Shown: positions 26,524-40,055 of the stretch, one piece after another
Layout of the letters: every line of letters starts with the position of its first letter
Numbering within the stretch: position 1 is the first letter of the stretch
DNA from: Trichosphaerium sp. ATCC 40318
Taxonomy: Eukaryota > Protista > Tubulinea
Assembly (NCBI GenBank): GCA_038496445.1
Contig: JALMLS010000453.1
Location: 62,001 to 126,000, forward strand
Direction: 5' to 3'
DNA: 64,000 nucleotides
Notes under the pieces: model-generated
What the model was told of the DNA's origin: nothing
Database searches by the model: none
Seen by the model: the letters and a program-made list of their open reading frames with translations, nothing else
Program-made: the position numbers and the translations under genes

Positions 26524-29500
26524 ATGGCAAGCAACGGTTTCCAACTAACTTACAAAGTAGCTTTGACTCTTCAAAAGTTGAAAGAAAAGTCATACAAGCA
26601 ACTGAAAGCTATAGCGAATGATATACAGCTCAATGTGAGCGCCGTTTCAAAGGACACCTTGGCCGAGAAGATTTTCTACTCTACACGTACGCTTTTCACC
26701 TTTACCAGGTTTATCACATCAAACCTGTTTTTTATCTTATCAATCTAATTTTTTTCGTAGATAAAAGAACAGAGAAACAGCGCTCTATGGAGGGCCCAGC
26801 AGCTTTCAGCGAAGATGCACGGCGTAGAGCTGAGAATCAATTGTTGTCACAGGATTTGGTACGGGCTATGATTGCGGAGTCTGCTCGCGAGGCTAGGTCT
26901 GAATTCGATTCGAAAATACTGCAAATGAACATAGAACTTGAAGACCTACACACGAAACATAAGGCCGATAAAGAGCTAATGGGCCGGCTTGCCAAAAAGT
27001 GTAAGGCCACTGAGCAAACGGTGCTCCATATAAATTTGTCACAGCGATCTCAGACGTTGTCAACGTACATAGAACAAGGTACCTACCTGCTAACACTCCT
27101 AACAAATGCCACTAACAAATATCTTTTAGTTGAGCTTACAATCGGCAAGCGTTTCCAGGCTGTCGCTCTAACCCTTAAAGACGAGTTTGTTAGTACTGTC
27201 GTTAAAGTTCCTAAGGGCTTTTTACGAAAGAATGGCAAGTTACAAAAAAGCTGGGAGAAGGAGAAGGATTTCAATGAAGATCTTCGTTGTTGGTTTGCCA
27301 AACAGGAAAATGCTTTGCCATTTTTGAAAATTTATGACACGCACCTAAAGCCGTGTACTACGACAGGCACAAAAGACGTGTCAACCTCAAAACCTGACTT
27401 GTCTGTGCTACCTAAAGACACGTTTATTTTCGGAGTGTTACGGATAAGAACATATCACATGGCTTTAGTTTTGGAGCTAAAAGCTGGCAGTACGACAACT
27501 TTTTTTTCTGGTTTTTTTCCGTTCCTTTAACTTACTCATTTTCTTCAGATTCGTTCAGTACTACATCTGTAGGGCAAGCAGTAAAGTATGAGTTAACCAT
27601 ATTGCGTTCCCAAAAGCTTTGAACGTTTGTGTATGTAGTACTTATGAACTACTCAAAAGTGATGATTATGAAAATTGTAATGGAACAAGATGATGTTGTT
27701 CCACGGTATTACAAAGATATTATCCCATACAACAAAGGTGGCTTGAAACGCCTATTTCAAGTTCTTCACCAATCGCCGGAAACCCTCGGCTATGTCACAA
27801 AGTTCTTCCACTACAAGAACCGAAGATATTCTCCTGAAAGATGTTGTGGCATCGGTTCGTTTGCTACAGTCTATGGTGTACCTGTTTTAGATGGTGAGGA
27901 AGGTATCCAAATAGTAGCAATAAAGGAGTTCAAAGACCTTCCTAATGTAAAGAATATGATAAAGAAGGAAGCAAGATATATGAACATCCTCGAGACACTT
28001 GACACTGTCCCAAAAGTGGTATGTTTTTTTTTCTTCAAAGTCTTTCCGTTCTAATTGTTTGTTAGCTCCAATGTACGAACAAAACCATTGTAATGCAGCC
28101 TGTTGGTACAAAGATTTACAACTTGGCAAGTATTCCAAACATCCAGGATTGGATTCGTCAAGTTGTAGAAACACTTCGATTAGCACACAAGCGAGGGTTT
28201 ATTCATCGGTGAGTTCAGTTTCGTTTTTCTTATTTGACATTTTCTTACATAATTTTAGGGATATCTCAACATCTAACATCCTGTTGTTCGAAGAAAAAGC
28301 TCTTGTCATCGATTGGGGAGCCTCTGTAGATATAGATACGGATGTGCTAACTGGAGGTGGATTTAAATACTGCAATCTGCTCGTTTTGGAGAATTATGAT
28401 CCGACAGCGATGATCTCTTATAGCGCTACCCATGACTTGTTCTCCTTTGTTCGTGTACTAATATACATGAAACTTATCCCACAATGCCAAAGGGAAATAG
28501 ATATAGCCTACACAGAATGGGTAGACGCCTTAAAGAGATACAGTTACGGTGCAGAAAAAGAAGTTGTAAAATGCAAGGCTTTACAGGTCTAAAATTCTCG
28601 AGCTGTTTTTATGGTAGATACCATGAATTTGTGGTATAATTATACCATTGATTACAATTTTATACCACAAATTCCAGTATAATATACCATAAATCAAAGG
28701 ATTTGTACCATAAAACAGCCAAATTATACCATAAATATGCAGTAGAAAGTGCGAATTTATACCATATTTTTTCACCTGAAAAAATGCAATATATGGTATA
28801 ATTCTACCATAAAACATGGTATAAAACACAGTATAATACCACAAAGTCTGGTATATTATACCTTAAAACTTGGTAGATTATACCACAAAACCAAGTGTAT
28901 TATACCGTGTAAAAACTGTTCTAATAATAAAACCACATTTATTAATACATTTTTTTGTTTACATCTGTGACCTTTGGTTTTGTCCATATCCTCTTTTGTG
29001 GTAGTTGACACATCAAATAACCTTCAAAAAAAATATTGTACTTGCTGTAAGTGCATCGAATGGACATAGCATGAAAACTAAAAGAAGAATTAGTGAAGGC
29101 TTGATGCACAAAATAAATAGTCGTACAAAAATTGCTGTTTTGTTGTGGTGGCAGCACTGGGAGTAACAAATGACCTGTGTGGTGGAGCCAAACCAAGACT
29201 AAAACAAAGAAATGAAAATAACTGCCAACTTCATCGGAAACAAGTTCTAGCGGAATCGTACCTGTTAGCTAACACATCTTGGTTTTTTTTTTATCATCTA
29301 TTTAGCTTGGTTAAAACCTATGGCAAGCGGCTTCAAAACAACTACTTTTAGCGTACCTTGTGTTGTGCGGGCGATAAACTGGACAAGACTTAGTTTTGTG
29401 CTCTGACTTAGCCAATTGGTTTACAATATCACTCATAAGGTCAACGCATGGGTGTGAAGCCTAAATGCTATCTGTTCTGGCAAATGCGGGCGTTTAGTAG

Positions 29501-30396
29501 GGAAAAATTCAAAAAAATCCAAAAAAAACCAAAAAACTCAAAAAATGGGTAGGCTCTGAAACAACTTGGCCTTATAGCACTATTCACGCATTTTAACATG
29601 CATTGGAGCGTATATCAAAAATGTCAAAAAAAAATAAATAATTTTGCTCCTGATTTGGTAAATGAGGCTGTATGGTGTTGATTGAGTGTAAAAATGCCTA
29701 TGGAGGGGAGAAAAAAATGAGAGCCGGGGAAAAAAACCTCCAACTGGAGGTTTTTTGCGAATGGGCATTTTTCAAGCGCTAAACGCGTTTTTGGTGTGTC
29801 TACCACTGTAGCGTTCTAACATGGGGTACATGGAGTGGTTTCTTCCTCAAATACTGTCAATCGGAGAAAATTGGCCAATTTATCCCTAAAACGCCCGCAA
29901 TTGGGGCGCGTTACCAGATTTCTCTCTTAAAACTGTTTTTCACACATTTATATGCCAATTATGTTCAATAACGGCTACTGTCAAAGCATTGTGTGGTATG
30001 GCGTTTGCGTAGGGCCAAAGGCTATTAAATCAAGTATAGACCAAGTGAGCTTTGACTAACTTATACTTATACGGTATAATACCACGGTATAATACCACAT
30101 TTTATGGTATACTTATATGGTATAATTATGGATTATACTGAGCTTGTACCATAAAAGGTGATTATACCATAAAATACGGTATAATACCATGATAATTTTC
30201 AGACCTGTTTATAAACTGTTGGCAAAATAACACAAGTGCTCATACTTGGGATCCTAGCTTTGCTAAAGCATATGATGGAGACTATGATGGATTAATAGAG
30301 CAACTATGTTTAGTTTTCGGAGGAGTCATTAAGCGCTGTGTTAAGTGTAACTCTCAAGGATTTTGTAAACATAGAAGAAATCAATTTACAAAATAA
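26524..30396 (+). pseudogene. Crinkler/CR-type effector: helical header, PD-(D/E)xK nuclease-like domain and protein kinase; disrupted
   Basis: KPDLSVL...LELK...GQAVKY (REase-like), GIGSFATVY, VAIKEF, HRDISTSNIL, VIDWG. In-frame TGA at 27620-27622, transposon at 28584-30207, C-terminal frame resumes at 30208. Confidence 0.75.
28584..30207. mobile_element. non-autonomous TIR DNA transposon, family C
   Basis: CAGGTCTAAAATT...AATTTTCAGACCTG termini, TATACCAT/ATGGTATA subterminal repeats, TTTA on both flanks; interrupts the kinase ORF. Confidence 0.85.
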
Positions 30397-30829
30397 ATTC
30401 AGAACTGCTTTGCCTTTGTGTTGCACTAACACCTTGATCAAAACTCGTTGTACATGTAGTTAGTTACGTATAAGTGCTAGACAACTACGATACAGCTAAG
30501 GTTGTAACGAAAGTGTTCTTTCTAAGTTCACTGAATTTGTACAAATCAAATTTCAACCTTCTTGCTTTTTTTTTCAATCTTGCCTCTTTTTGAATTTCTT
30601 TACGCCTTTTCAGCTATGAGAGTGTGAAAAAAAGTTATTTTCACGTGGTAGGGTAAACTAATTCTCCTATTGATTACGTACCCTACATAGTAAGTTGCAA
30701 CGTGTTACAACCACCATAGATATACACAAATTGGACAACCACATGTTTTGTTTTACTGTTAAGGCAAACGTAACGAATCTTAATTCATTCGATCGAAAAC
30801 GAACGAAATAACAAGCCTACTATCTTACC

Positions 30830-32439
30830 ATGCAAAAAGTGAGTAAACACACGTATTTAGACAGCTCTTATTAACTCGTGCAGATTTTGCTTGCGATGAT
30901 TGCTTTCATTCTTTGTAGTGTAGCTCTTGGAGGTATCTACAAGGCTACTGGTGGCGTAAGGCAATTCGAAAAAGGTAATCCATGTGCACAGGACTACGCA
31001 TGGTTTATAGAGCAGGCCAATAAGAAAGGTTAGACCCTTTGTAACTACTATCAAAACGGCGAAAAGTCGCACTGTCATTTTTTCTGTTTTCGCTTTACAA
31101 CAATGGTAGCGTGTCACCACATAGAGTTTATGAAGGATGGTTCAAAGTATGAGTATTTTCAAGCATGGGCGCAGGTCAGCGGACAAAACCATGACCCTAT
31201 AATAGCAAGGTAACCTATTTTATGTAAAAACAAATTTGCTCAAAAACAGTTATGTTTTAAACTGACACTGTAAAAAAGATTCGTAGACGGTGCAGGCAAG
31301 ATTTGTGAAAAGGTACGTCGTTTGGGCACGTGTTTTTGAGACAAAAATTAGTACACAGCTATGCGGAAAGTAGAGTTGTAACGCTTTCGAAATGCTCAAG
31401 TAGTGACTTTAAGGCTAAAAATAAAATAGTAGCAGGACAGTTTATTTAGGAAGCACATTTAGCTAAATGGTTTTAACCCTTTTGTAGTCTGAAACCAGCG
31501 GCGACGATACAAGTGCTACAGGGTGTATTATTGATATTGACCGTTGGATAATGTATTGTGGATCAAAGCAAGGTGGTAATCAACCTGGGGACTTTAGAAC
31601 ATGGTCAAACGGTGCTTGGATACAATCTTGGTTCGGCAGTTCGAGCTTTGGCATTGCCCAGAAGAGCAACGTAAAAACTTGCGTTCTATACGAGGTACAC
31701 AATAGTAGATATACCAGCATGTTGTAATACTGTTCGATGTGTAGGTTGATCCAGACACGTTGTTAACAAAAAAAGCAACCTTCTTGGGTGCTATCTACAG
31801 TAAAGGTGATCCTGCGCCTTGTACTATTGTAGATATGTGGTTCAGTGGTAGTGATAGCATTAATGTACTTGCGAACGCGAGATGGGGTCCTCTATTCCAT
31901 GTTCCAAGTCCGCCTAAACCTCTTGTAATTGCCCAAAATTATCGGTACCAGCCTTTGTTCTTTCTTCTTTTGTTTACAGTTATAACTGGTTTAGGTTTAA
32001 CTGTAACAGCTGCGGTGACATTGCATACCAACTAGCGTTCCCTCTAGACTTGACCAAACCAACCGAAATCTGTGCTTTTGAGGAACAAGTTGCTGGTAAT
32101 TTGATTTGCTTGCAAAACGTAAACTGACTTCATCACATAGGTGTTGATTATGGTGAGGAAGGAGATGATATGCAGACTCTTTGCGCGTGTGATCTAGAGG
32201 GTAAGATGATAAATGGAGAACCAGCCGAACCCCAAGTTTGCCCAAATAGGTATGACAACACAGTTGTTCATTTTTGATTCTTGCTGTTGAAAAAAAATAG
32301 AAAGCTTACTTTTGAACCTGTTCCTGGCTGTACTGGTGAATGCTACACTAAAGGGATAAACAAAATTCAACAAGGTACGATTACGAGATGTTTGATAATA
32401 GCGTAGGGCCAGCAAGAACCAAATGAACAAATCAAATGA
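30830..32439 (+). CDS. secreted Cys/Trp-rich hypothetical protein
   Basis: MQK|ILLAMIAFILCSVALG signal peptide; about 9 GT-AG introns give a continuous frame ending EQIK*. Confidence 0.65.
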
Positions 32440-32496
32440 AATCGACCTTCATTAAAAAAATCTCACCTGCCTACCTTTAGGTGATTCACCTGGTAA

Positions 32497-35400
32497 TCAA
32501 ACATCAACAACAGTATCCCCCAGCGACTCTTCACCAAGAGAGAATTTAAATTCAGCATCATTTAAAATATCTCTTTGTATGAGCTCTCTATTACTAGTAG
32601 TAGCTTGGTTTGTATTGGAATAAACGTCAACAGCTTTTAGAATAGTAGTTTTTTTTGTTTTCTTTTGTCTTGTACACGTGATAGTTTTAGTTTTTTGAAA
32701 AACCATGTATTTTTTGGTTTTCAGTTTATAATTAACCTTTCAGCATCTTCCATACCAGTCATCACCATTACGTCCTTAGTGTTTGTCAATTTAAGCTTCG
32801 GTGTTGTGTTCACAAAAAAAAAAGAGGTCGTACTGGGCCATTGCTCCGTAGATGTCGTAAATATAAATACACTCCAGTAGCAACAAGTGCTATAACAAAC
32901 AGCAAGCAACTCCTATGAAAAAAACACATTAGATCTAACGAAAAGAAGGACAGAAACCAACAATTTTTTTTTTTTGGGTGATTGTTTTGCTTCCTCATCC
33001 AAGTTTGTACGTACAAAGCAATGAGAAAAATCTCCCAAATGGCAAGTTTAGTATGGTGCGGTAATGGTTTCCTTTGGTAACTGAAAGCAATAGGTCTGTA
33101 ATTCTCAAGAGGTATTGTAACATTAACTGTTATAGTGCTATTACAGATATATGAAATAACAAGTTCAACAGGCGATTCATTAGTAATCAATCCTCCCTTT
33201 CCTTCAACGATGTTAAAGACAATCGTGAAAGTGTGCATTATTTGAGGCACTTGACTAGCATAGGAGTTGTACAAAAGCCAGTGCAAAAAAAATTCGTAAA
33301 AACAAGAAGATAATAAATACACAGCAGTAGGGATGCTTGTGTGGGTTAAAAACGTACTTGTTATGTTACCACTAATCTTAGGATTACATCCAATCTCTGG
33401 CACAACTGTTACAGTAGGTGTACCAACCTTTTGAGTCAACGGTATATTCATCTTAAAATAGAATCTATCTGTTGTTTGATGGAAAGATACAACACCATCT
33501 TAACAAAAGAGTAAGAATCACGTGATAAATTTTTTTGCTTTTCAATGAAACTAAAGCTTATATTTATGCTTACCAGAAGATCCACGCTGCCATAAATCTG
33601 CTGTCAACCCGTTGGTAACGATTTGTTTATTTTCTGAAAATCAGTAATTAGCAACAAAGAAAAGCTTAAATTTTACAACGTACTGTAGTCTACTGTATCA
33701 GTCCACATATCCAGTCCAGTTCTTAGACCAGAAGAAGACTTGTACCATGAGAAATTCGCTGTTGTATACGGTTCCATGCCAATAGAAACAGTAACAGGTT
33801 GGACACCTAAGTTTTTTGTGAGCGACAGACAATAATACAAAGACTGTCTTTTCTTACCTATCTTCGGGCAATCATAGTATATTATTAATATAGCTGCTAT
33901 ATTTGGTTGTAGAATACCACCATGCCTATGTTCAGAGAGTTAAGTAAAGGTAAAAAATTTAAGCAACTTTTTTTAACTTCTACGTACGCTGCTTCACCAC
34001 CAATTACTGCTGTGCAAAGAGATGGTTTGCTAAGTGTTACCACCGGTGTTGTGTAATTTATATTGGAAGTATCGTTATGTACCTATCGCTTCAGGCATGA
34101 GAATCGAATTTTAAAAGAAAATAACACGTGCCCAAATGTAAAAATAGGTTGCAGCAGAATTAGCATGCACTACTGTTCCATTGAAGTTACCATGCCTCCA
34201 TGGTTCTAGAGGAACACCATACTCCATAACTTCTGTATTATTAGCACTTGTGCCTATGAACAAACCGTCAAGCTGACCACCGATATGCTTCTCCCAACTA
34301 AACATATTTAGGTTTTTTGGATTTGTTGGTCTATTACCTCCAAGATACAGGTGTTTGCGACTCGAATGTAATAATAACAATAACCTCTGATATCCCAGCA
34401 GTAGTACAATTATAATTAACAGTCAAAGCCTGTGGTGTAACAGGTTGAAGCATTTTTCCAGTGAGATTTTTAGTGAAGTATGAATTACAAAGTCGTGATG
34501 AATCAACAACTGAAGTAGACATTATCTTTAAACCTGCATTCGTATTCTAATAACACAGCAACAAATGGTTAGTACAATAAGACCTTATTTCCATAAAATT
34601 CGTACCAGCCAGAAGGTAGTAGATAGTACTTTCTCTTCAACAATGTGACTATGATTTTGAAGTTGCCAAGTTACTTTTGGGATTCCTTTGAGTACCACTT
34701 CATCACCTCCTGTCACGTGTTAATGTTGTGATCAAGTATTTTAAAAAACGTGCCTTTCGTCAAACCAACATTTACATGCTCATTAGAAGCAGGACAATGC
34801 TTCGTCCATACAAACTCAACATTTTTAAACGCCTGCAAGCAATTAAATTGTCTTCATTAAGCTCGCTTTTATTACCTTTAGTGGCACAATGAGTGTTATC
34901 CTAACAACGGCATCTGGAACCAAACATGTATAAGTAACATTAAGGTCACATGGCTTGTCTGTTATTATACCACCGCTTCTTAAAAAGCATGTTAACATGT
35001 TGGCTAAAAAATAGTTTGATCGTACATTGCCTGGCCACTAAATGAAACGCTGACGAATTTTGGTTCTGCGAAAGTGAGTGGTGATCCTATTTCTTGTACA
35101 CCGTTTAACTCAGTTGTATTTGGTTTTATAGAGAACCAAAATGTGGTAGATTTCTCATTAGCTGGAACAGAATATGTCGAGGAATCTAGTCGATTTAGCA
35201 ACTTGTGTTGCGTAAGAAAATCAAAAAAGTGCTTACTCCTTGACCATGCGGGGTCTGCTATGCCGTTATCTACAACATCATTTTCATCAGGTTTTAGACC
35301 TACTGAGAATCCATCGCGGACACCACCAACAATCTGTGACAATCAGTTATTTCTACATTCAAAAAAAATAAAAAACATCAAGCCTTTCTCAGCTCAGTAC

Positions 35401-38400
35401 CTTTCTCCAACCAAATGCAATAGCGTTGTAGATACCACCAAGATTCATATGAACTTCAATCTAGTATTAATCATTAACGTTAATAAGAGTTGTTTCACAA
35501 AAGATGTAACAAAGAATGTTTTTTTAGTTTTTAAATATCCGTACAAGTACTGAAGTATCATTCTTATTTGTAGACATTGTGCAGTTGTAAACAACAACAA
35601 TTTCTTGAGTAGAGTTATTGGCAACAGTGATATTTTCTCCTTTAGAGAAATAAGGACAGCACATTTCAGAGTTTTTGGAGAGAACTACAATAAGGGTTAA
35701 CACAGCATGTTTAAAAATAGTTTAGGTTTTCTTTCTTACCAGTTAAGTCCGATACATGCTGTGTACTATTTTGTTGACGTATATAAAATCTTGTAGCCAA
35801 AAAATTACCACCATAAACTGAATTATAAAGAGCCCCGCCAGTTGTCCTAAAACGTCAATATTAGTAAACCAAAGTCAAGTCAAAGCGAATATTAAAAAAA
35901 TCCAAAAGGCCTTTCTAAAAGCCGCACCAGTATGGAAAGTTTGCTACACCATTCTTCACTACATTATCTCTGTTTGGTTGGGTACCAATAAAAAATCCAG
36001 GCTTATTCACTGAGACATAGTAAGGCTACAAGAGAAACAAAAAGAAAAAAAAAAAAAAAAAGAAAAAAAAAGTGTACCTCCACAAACTTTGTGAAAAGCA
36101 AAGGCTTGAGGTTGGTAAAATGTCAGATCTAAAGAATAAATAAATTAGAAGGAATCCCAATCTAAATTTCTATGCACAGTATACGTACAAACTGTGACAG
36201 TAATGGTGGTTCTACCAATCGCATGACATTCAAAAAGTACAGTTAATGGTTGAGATACATTGAAAAATAATTCACCGGTCCTCTCGCCTTGTAAAATGTA
36301 CGGTGTAACAATGCCGTCCTCCTTTGATGTAACATTTACAACATAATCTTGAGAAACCTCCTTTCCCATCACTTGCAATAGATTCCGTAAGAAATTAAGT
36401 TCGACGTAAAACGAATAAAAAAACAAACTAAAACGCACTCATGTAGAAAGTCACGTTTGATTCATCTCCGAGATACGCCACTCCAGGTGTTCTATAAGAA
36501 TACAAAGGTAGTACATAACCAGAAGCAATGACATCTGTTGAGCGTTCAAGCTGTAAACAGAAGTTAATTTTAAACAAAATCAGGTATACATCAGATTCGT
36601 ACAGTGCCAACGTTGAACCCTGTCTGTCTTCCACCACAATCCTTAGTATATACTATTGATATTTGATCAAACTTTTCAACACCAAAGCTTGCTGTGATTA
36701 TAACAGAAGAAGCCGTTGTACAAGCATAATTGACCTATTACACAGCTTAAAAAGTGCTTTTCTTGCCAGGCTTTTTAACACTGAGAGGTATTAATAATGT
36801 TTCTTTCACATACCTTGAGTAGAGTGTCTACTCCATTCTTTACTATACCACCATGTACAATAGATCCTTCTGTTGTTACATTGCAAATTGAAGGATCGCT
36901 TGAAACAACTTTAACATTTGTAATGTACTGAGTGGCTTGTAAGTTGCTCATTGTTAAATGAAATACGCTCTGCACTGTGTCACCGTAAACAACCGCCTAT
37001 ACATGTTAATATATTTCAGTAAAAAAAATCTAATTGCCAGTATAAACATTGAACACGTGTTTGACACCATAAGCAAAACGATGCTTACACAAAAAAAAAA
37101 GAAAGCATGATTGTTTTACCTGGTGAAGAACTGGGTTATAAATAAGAGTTGGATCTCCGTCTTCTACTACATCACTCCAACCTGGTTGAGTACCAATATT
37201 AAGGCCAACACGAGAAGCTATAAAGAGATAAAGGAGTTAAATCCGAAAGAAATTAATCGTTGTTTCTTTCTTACTTCCTACACGCTTAATCCATCCTATT
37301 TCAATAGCGTTATACGGTCCATAAAGATTAATGGTTGTCTATTGTGTGACACTTAGTATGAGTTATCTTTACCTCATTTCGCGTACCATAATCCTTGTGA
37401 ACGTTGCCTCTGCAGTGCAATTGTAATGAACATCATAGTACGTTGTGGAATTTGATACTATTTCTGTTTTTGTGAAAATTAAGAGTCGTTATTCGTATAT
37501 TAAGCTTACCATCACCTCCTGGCCGTGTTACATAAGGATAACATACTTTCTTTAAAGACGTTGTGACAATGCTTTTAATGGCGCCTGTGTTATTCAAAGG
37601 TAACGTGACATAAAATCGTGTAACAGCTTCATCCTTGTAGGCATATTGCGTTGCCAAAGGAGGAAAGTAAGGTAGTGTAACAGCACCATCAGTAACAACG
37701 TCGTCCCAACTAAAAAATTGTTACAATGAAAGAAGTAAATACATAGGCCAAGAGCTAGCAAACGTACTTTGGTGCTGTACCAACATTAAATTCAAGTAAA
37801 GGAACTAAAGTAAAGAATATTAGCTCACTTTCTGTATTTGATCACGTGATTTTATAATACTAAACACGTGCCTCCACAACGTTTCCTCCAACCCCATTTG
37901 ATTATTCCTTCTGGTTTTGTGGCATTCAAAATTACAGTTATTTGGGAGTCGCCTTTGTAAGTGAAATTTAGTTAATTCACAACATATTGTAAGCTGTTTT
38001 TTTGAATAGTATGTCCTACGAATGTAATTGTACGTACCAGGAAGTGTGCACTTATATTCAATACTGAGTGTACGCATCATGAACGATAGATCTCCTCCAT
38101 TCAAAGCAGTACCAGATACATTTAGAGAAAGTCCTGCTTGGTTTGTATTTACAACAGTCAGAGGAAGGTAAGTGGTGTCTGTGATAGCCGATAAATAAAA
38201 ATCATCACGTGTCTGTTTTGCCTATACTAATGTTATGAAACTACAATACATCAAAACAAAAACTGCGCTCAAGAGCAGCAGTAAAGCAAATTCAAACAAA
38301 TCCTTTTTTTTTTTGGGAACTGTACCAATATTAAATGCAAACGCGATGACGCATTCCACAGTTGGTTCACAACGCTATCTTGTACCACATCATCTGCTCC

Positions 38401-39075
38401 AGGTGTAGTACCAATGGATACATCCAATTTTGGTGCTATAGTGTACCATGAGTGGGTGTAAAAAATCAAAAGAAATGTTGTTCTTCGTACGAGGTTGTAA
38501 GGATTTGCCCCACGCGAAAACTACTTGTGCGCAAGATACGTTAAACTGTAATTTTGCCGTTGTTATAACAGTAGTAGCCTTGAGGATATTGGTTTGGCAC
38601 GTATAAAGCACTTTGAGAGTTTGGGGTTTTGTGGACAAAATTGCTATGCAATGACGTAAGGAATGAACTTCTAACGCGTATACTAAACGCACTTGATACG
38701 TTAGGGCCAGTATGTGTTACATTGCACAATGTAGAGTCTGTTTCAATGTCCAAAAGTGTTATTTCTATATCCTCTGTACTAGTAACCAAGAAATCTAGCT
38801 CGTTTCTCACTGCTGGTAATTTAAACCCGTGATCCTTTTGTAGATTATTTACAATTGTAGTTACGCAACCAAACGTACGTCAGGACCCCATGGAGACACT
38901 ACCACTCCATTTTGAACGACATTCAATCCAACTGCGGTGATATCTAAACCACAAGAACGACAAGCTAATAGCGAGTTTGTACAAGGAGACAATAAATATC
39001 CCTCCGAAAATTCTCGTTCATACCTTCCCAAAAACATACAAATAACACCAGGTGTAGTATACCACGTTTTAGCAT
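32497..39075 (-). CDS. large type I membrane protein with 10 tandem beta-rich repeats
   Basis: Signal peptide MLKRGILHLVLFVCFW, recurring xLxIGTxxxxxDVVxNGxxxxxW ... VxYxC ... WxKxC units, TM segment LAIWEIFLIAL-SCLLFVIALVATGVYLYL; more than 30 introns. Confidence 0.8.
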
Positions 39076-39426
39076 TGCTAAAGTGCGTAACGCGCTTGTC
39101 TTCCAAATTTTGGTCGCCACAATAATTAAAAGTACTGGCTTAACTTTCGCACTATTTTTCTATTTTAGTTTTCGACGCTTGCAAATTAACCTTTGAACTT
39201 GTTTTAACGTTTTCAAAAAGACACGCGAAATGACACGCAATGTGTCACATTTCAGTTTAGACTAAAAGCACTAAGCTCTACAATACTATACGGTAGTGCT
39301 AATTGTTGAAATATCTTGCTGGTACGTATTGAGTGTGCTTAAGCGCTATCGCAGGATTTTGTTGTCAAAAACCTAACCGTTGAAATAAAGTTTCATTTTG
39401 TACAACTTGACAGACGCTTTCTCTTC

Positions 39427-39970
39427 ATGCAATTTTATAGTGCGCCTAGTTCAGAAGACGACGATTACGTACCTGATGGCAGTTATAGCGAATCTGGCTC
39501 TGAAATTGATTTGCTTGACAGCGTCAGTGATGTATCTGACAGCGAATTTAAACTATCTAAAGATGATACCGAAGTCTTAGACCAGGCTAAAATGCTTTCT
39601 GCGGTTAGAAAATGCTAACATGCGCCATTTATCTCACAATTACATTAGGCATGGTCTCCTACGCCTGTAAAATATCGTTCCAGAACTACTCAACCAATAC
39701 GAAAGCGTACGCGGGAAAAATTTAAAACTTCTGGAAAAATCAAAAAAAACGTTTCGTTTATTCTGTTTAGCTTCAGTACCAAAGAAAAAGGCACAGCGTA
39801 AACAATCGTATAACTATGAGGACAAGGAAAACATCCATAACGCTAAGGTAACAAAACCACGCACAAAGAAAGCCAAGAAAGCAAAAAAAACGAACAGGAA
39901 GCTTTACAGCCGTGATAAAATGGAGCGACTTGCTGCTCAAATGGATGAAATGCTTCTTGCTGATGAGTAA
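39427..39970 (+). CDS. small acidic/basic low-complexity protein (5' end uncertain)
   Basis: Acidic SSEDDDYVPD segment, then Lys-rich exons containing DKEN, ending LLADE*; 2 introns. Confidence 0.45.
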
Positions 39971-40055
39971 CTTATCTTATTGCTTGGCCAAGCATTTGTA
40001 TTGTAGTGTGAATAAAAAAATCGACATGTATTTATGGTTTTGTTTATTTTATTTG

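Noticed and set aside
27620-27622. TGA readthrough or alternative genetic code
   Set aside because: Other genes end in TGA, TAA and TAG without internal stops, and this gene is also broken by a transposon.
29435-29574. Possible 140-bp MITE (ATAAGGTCAA...TTGGCCTTAT) inside family C
   Set aside because: Short imperfect inverted repeat, single copy, no convincing TSD.
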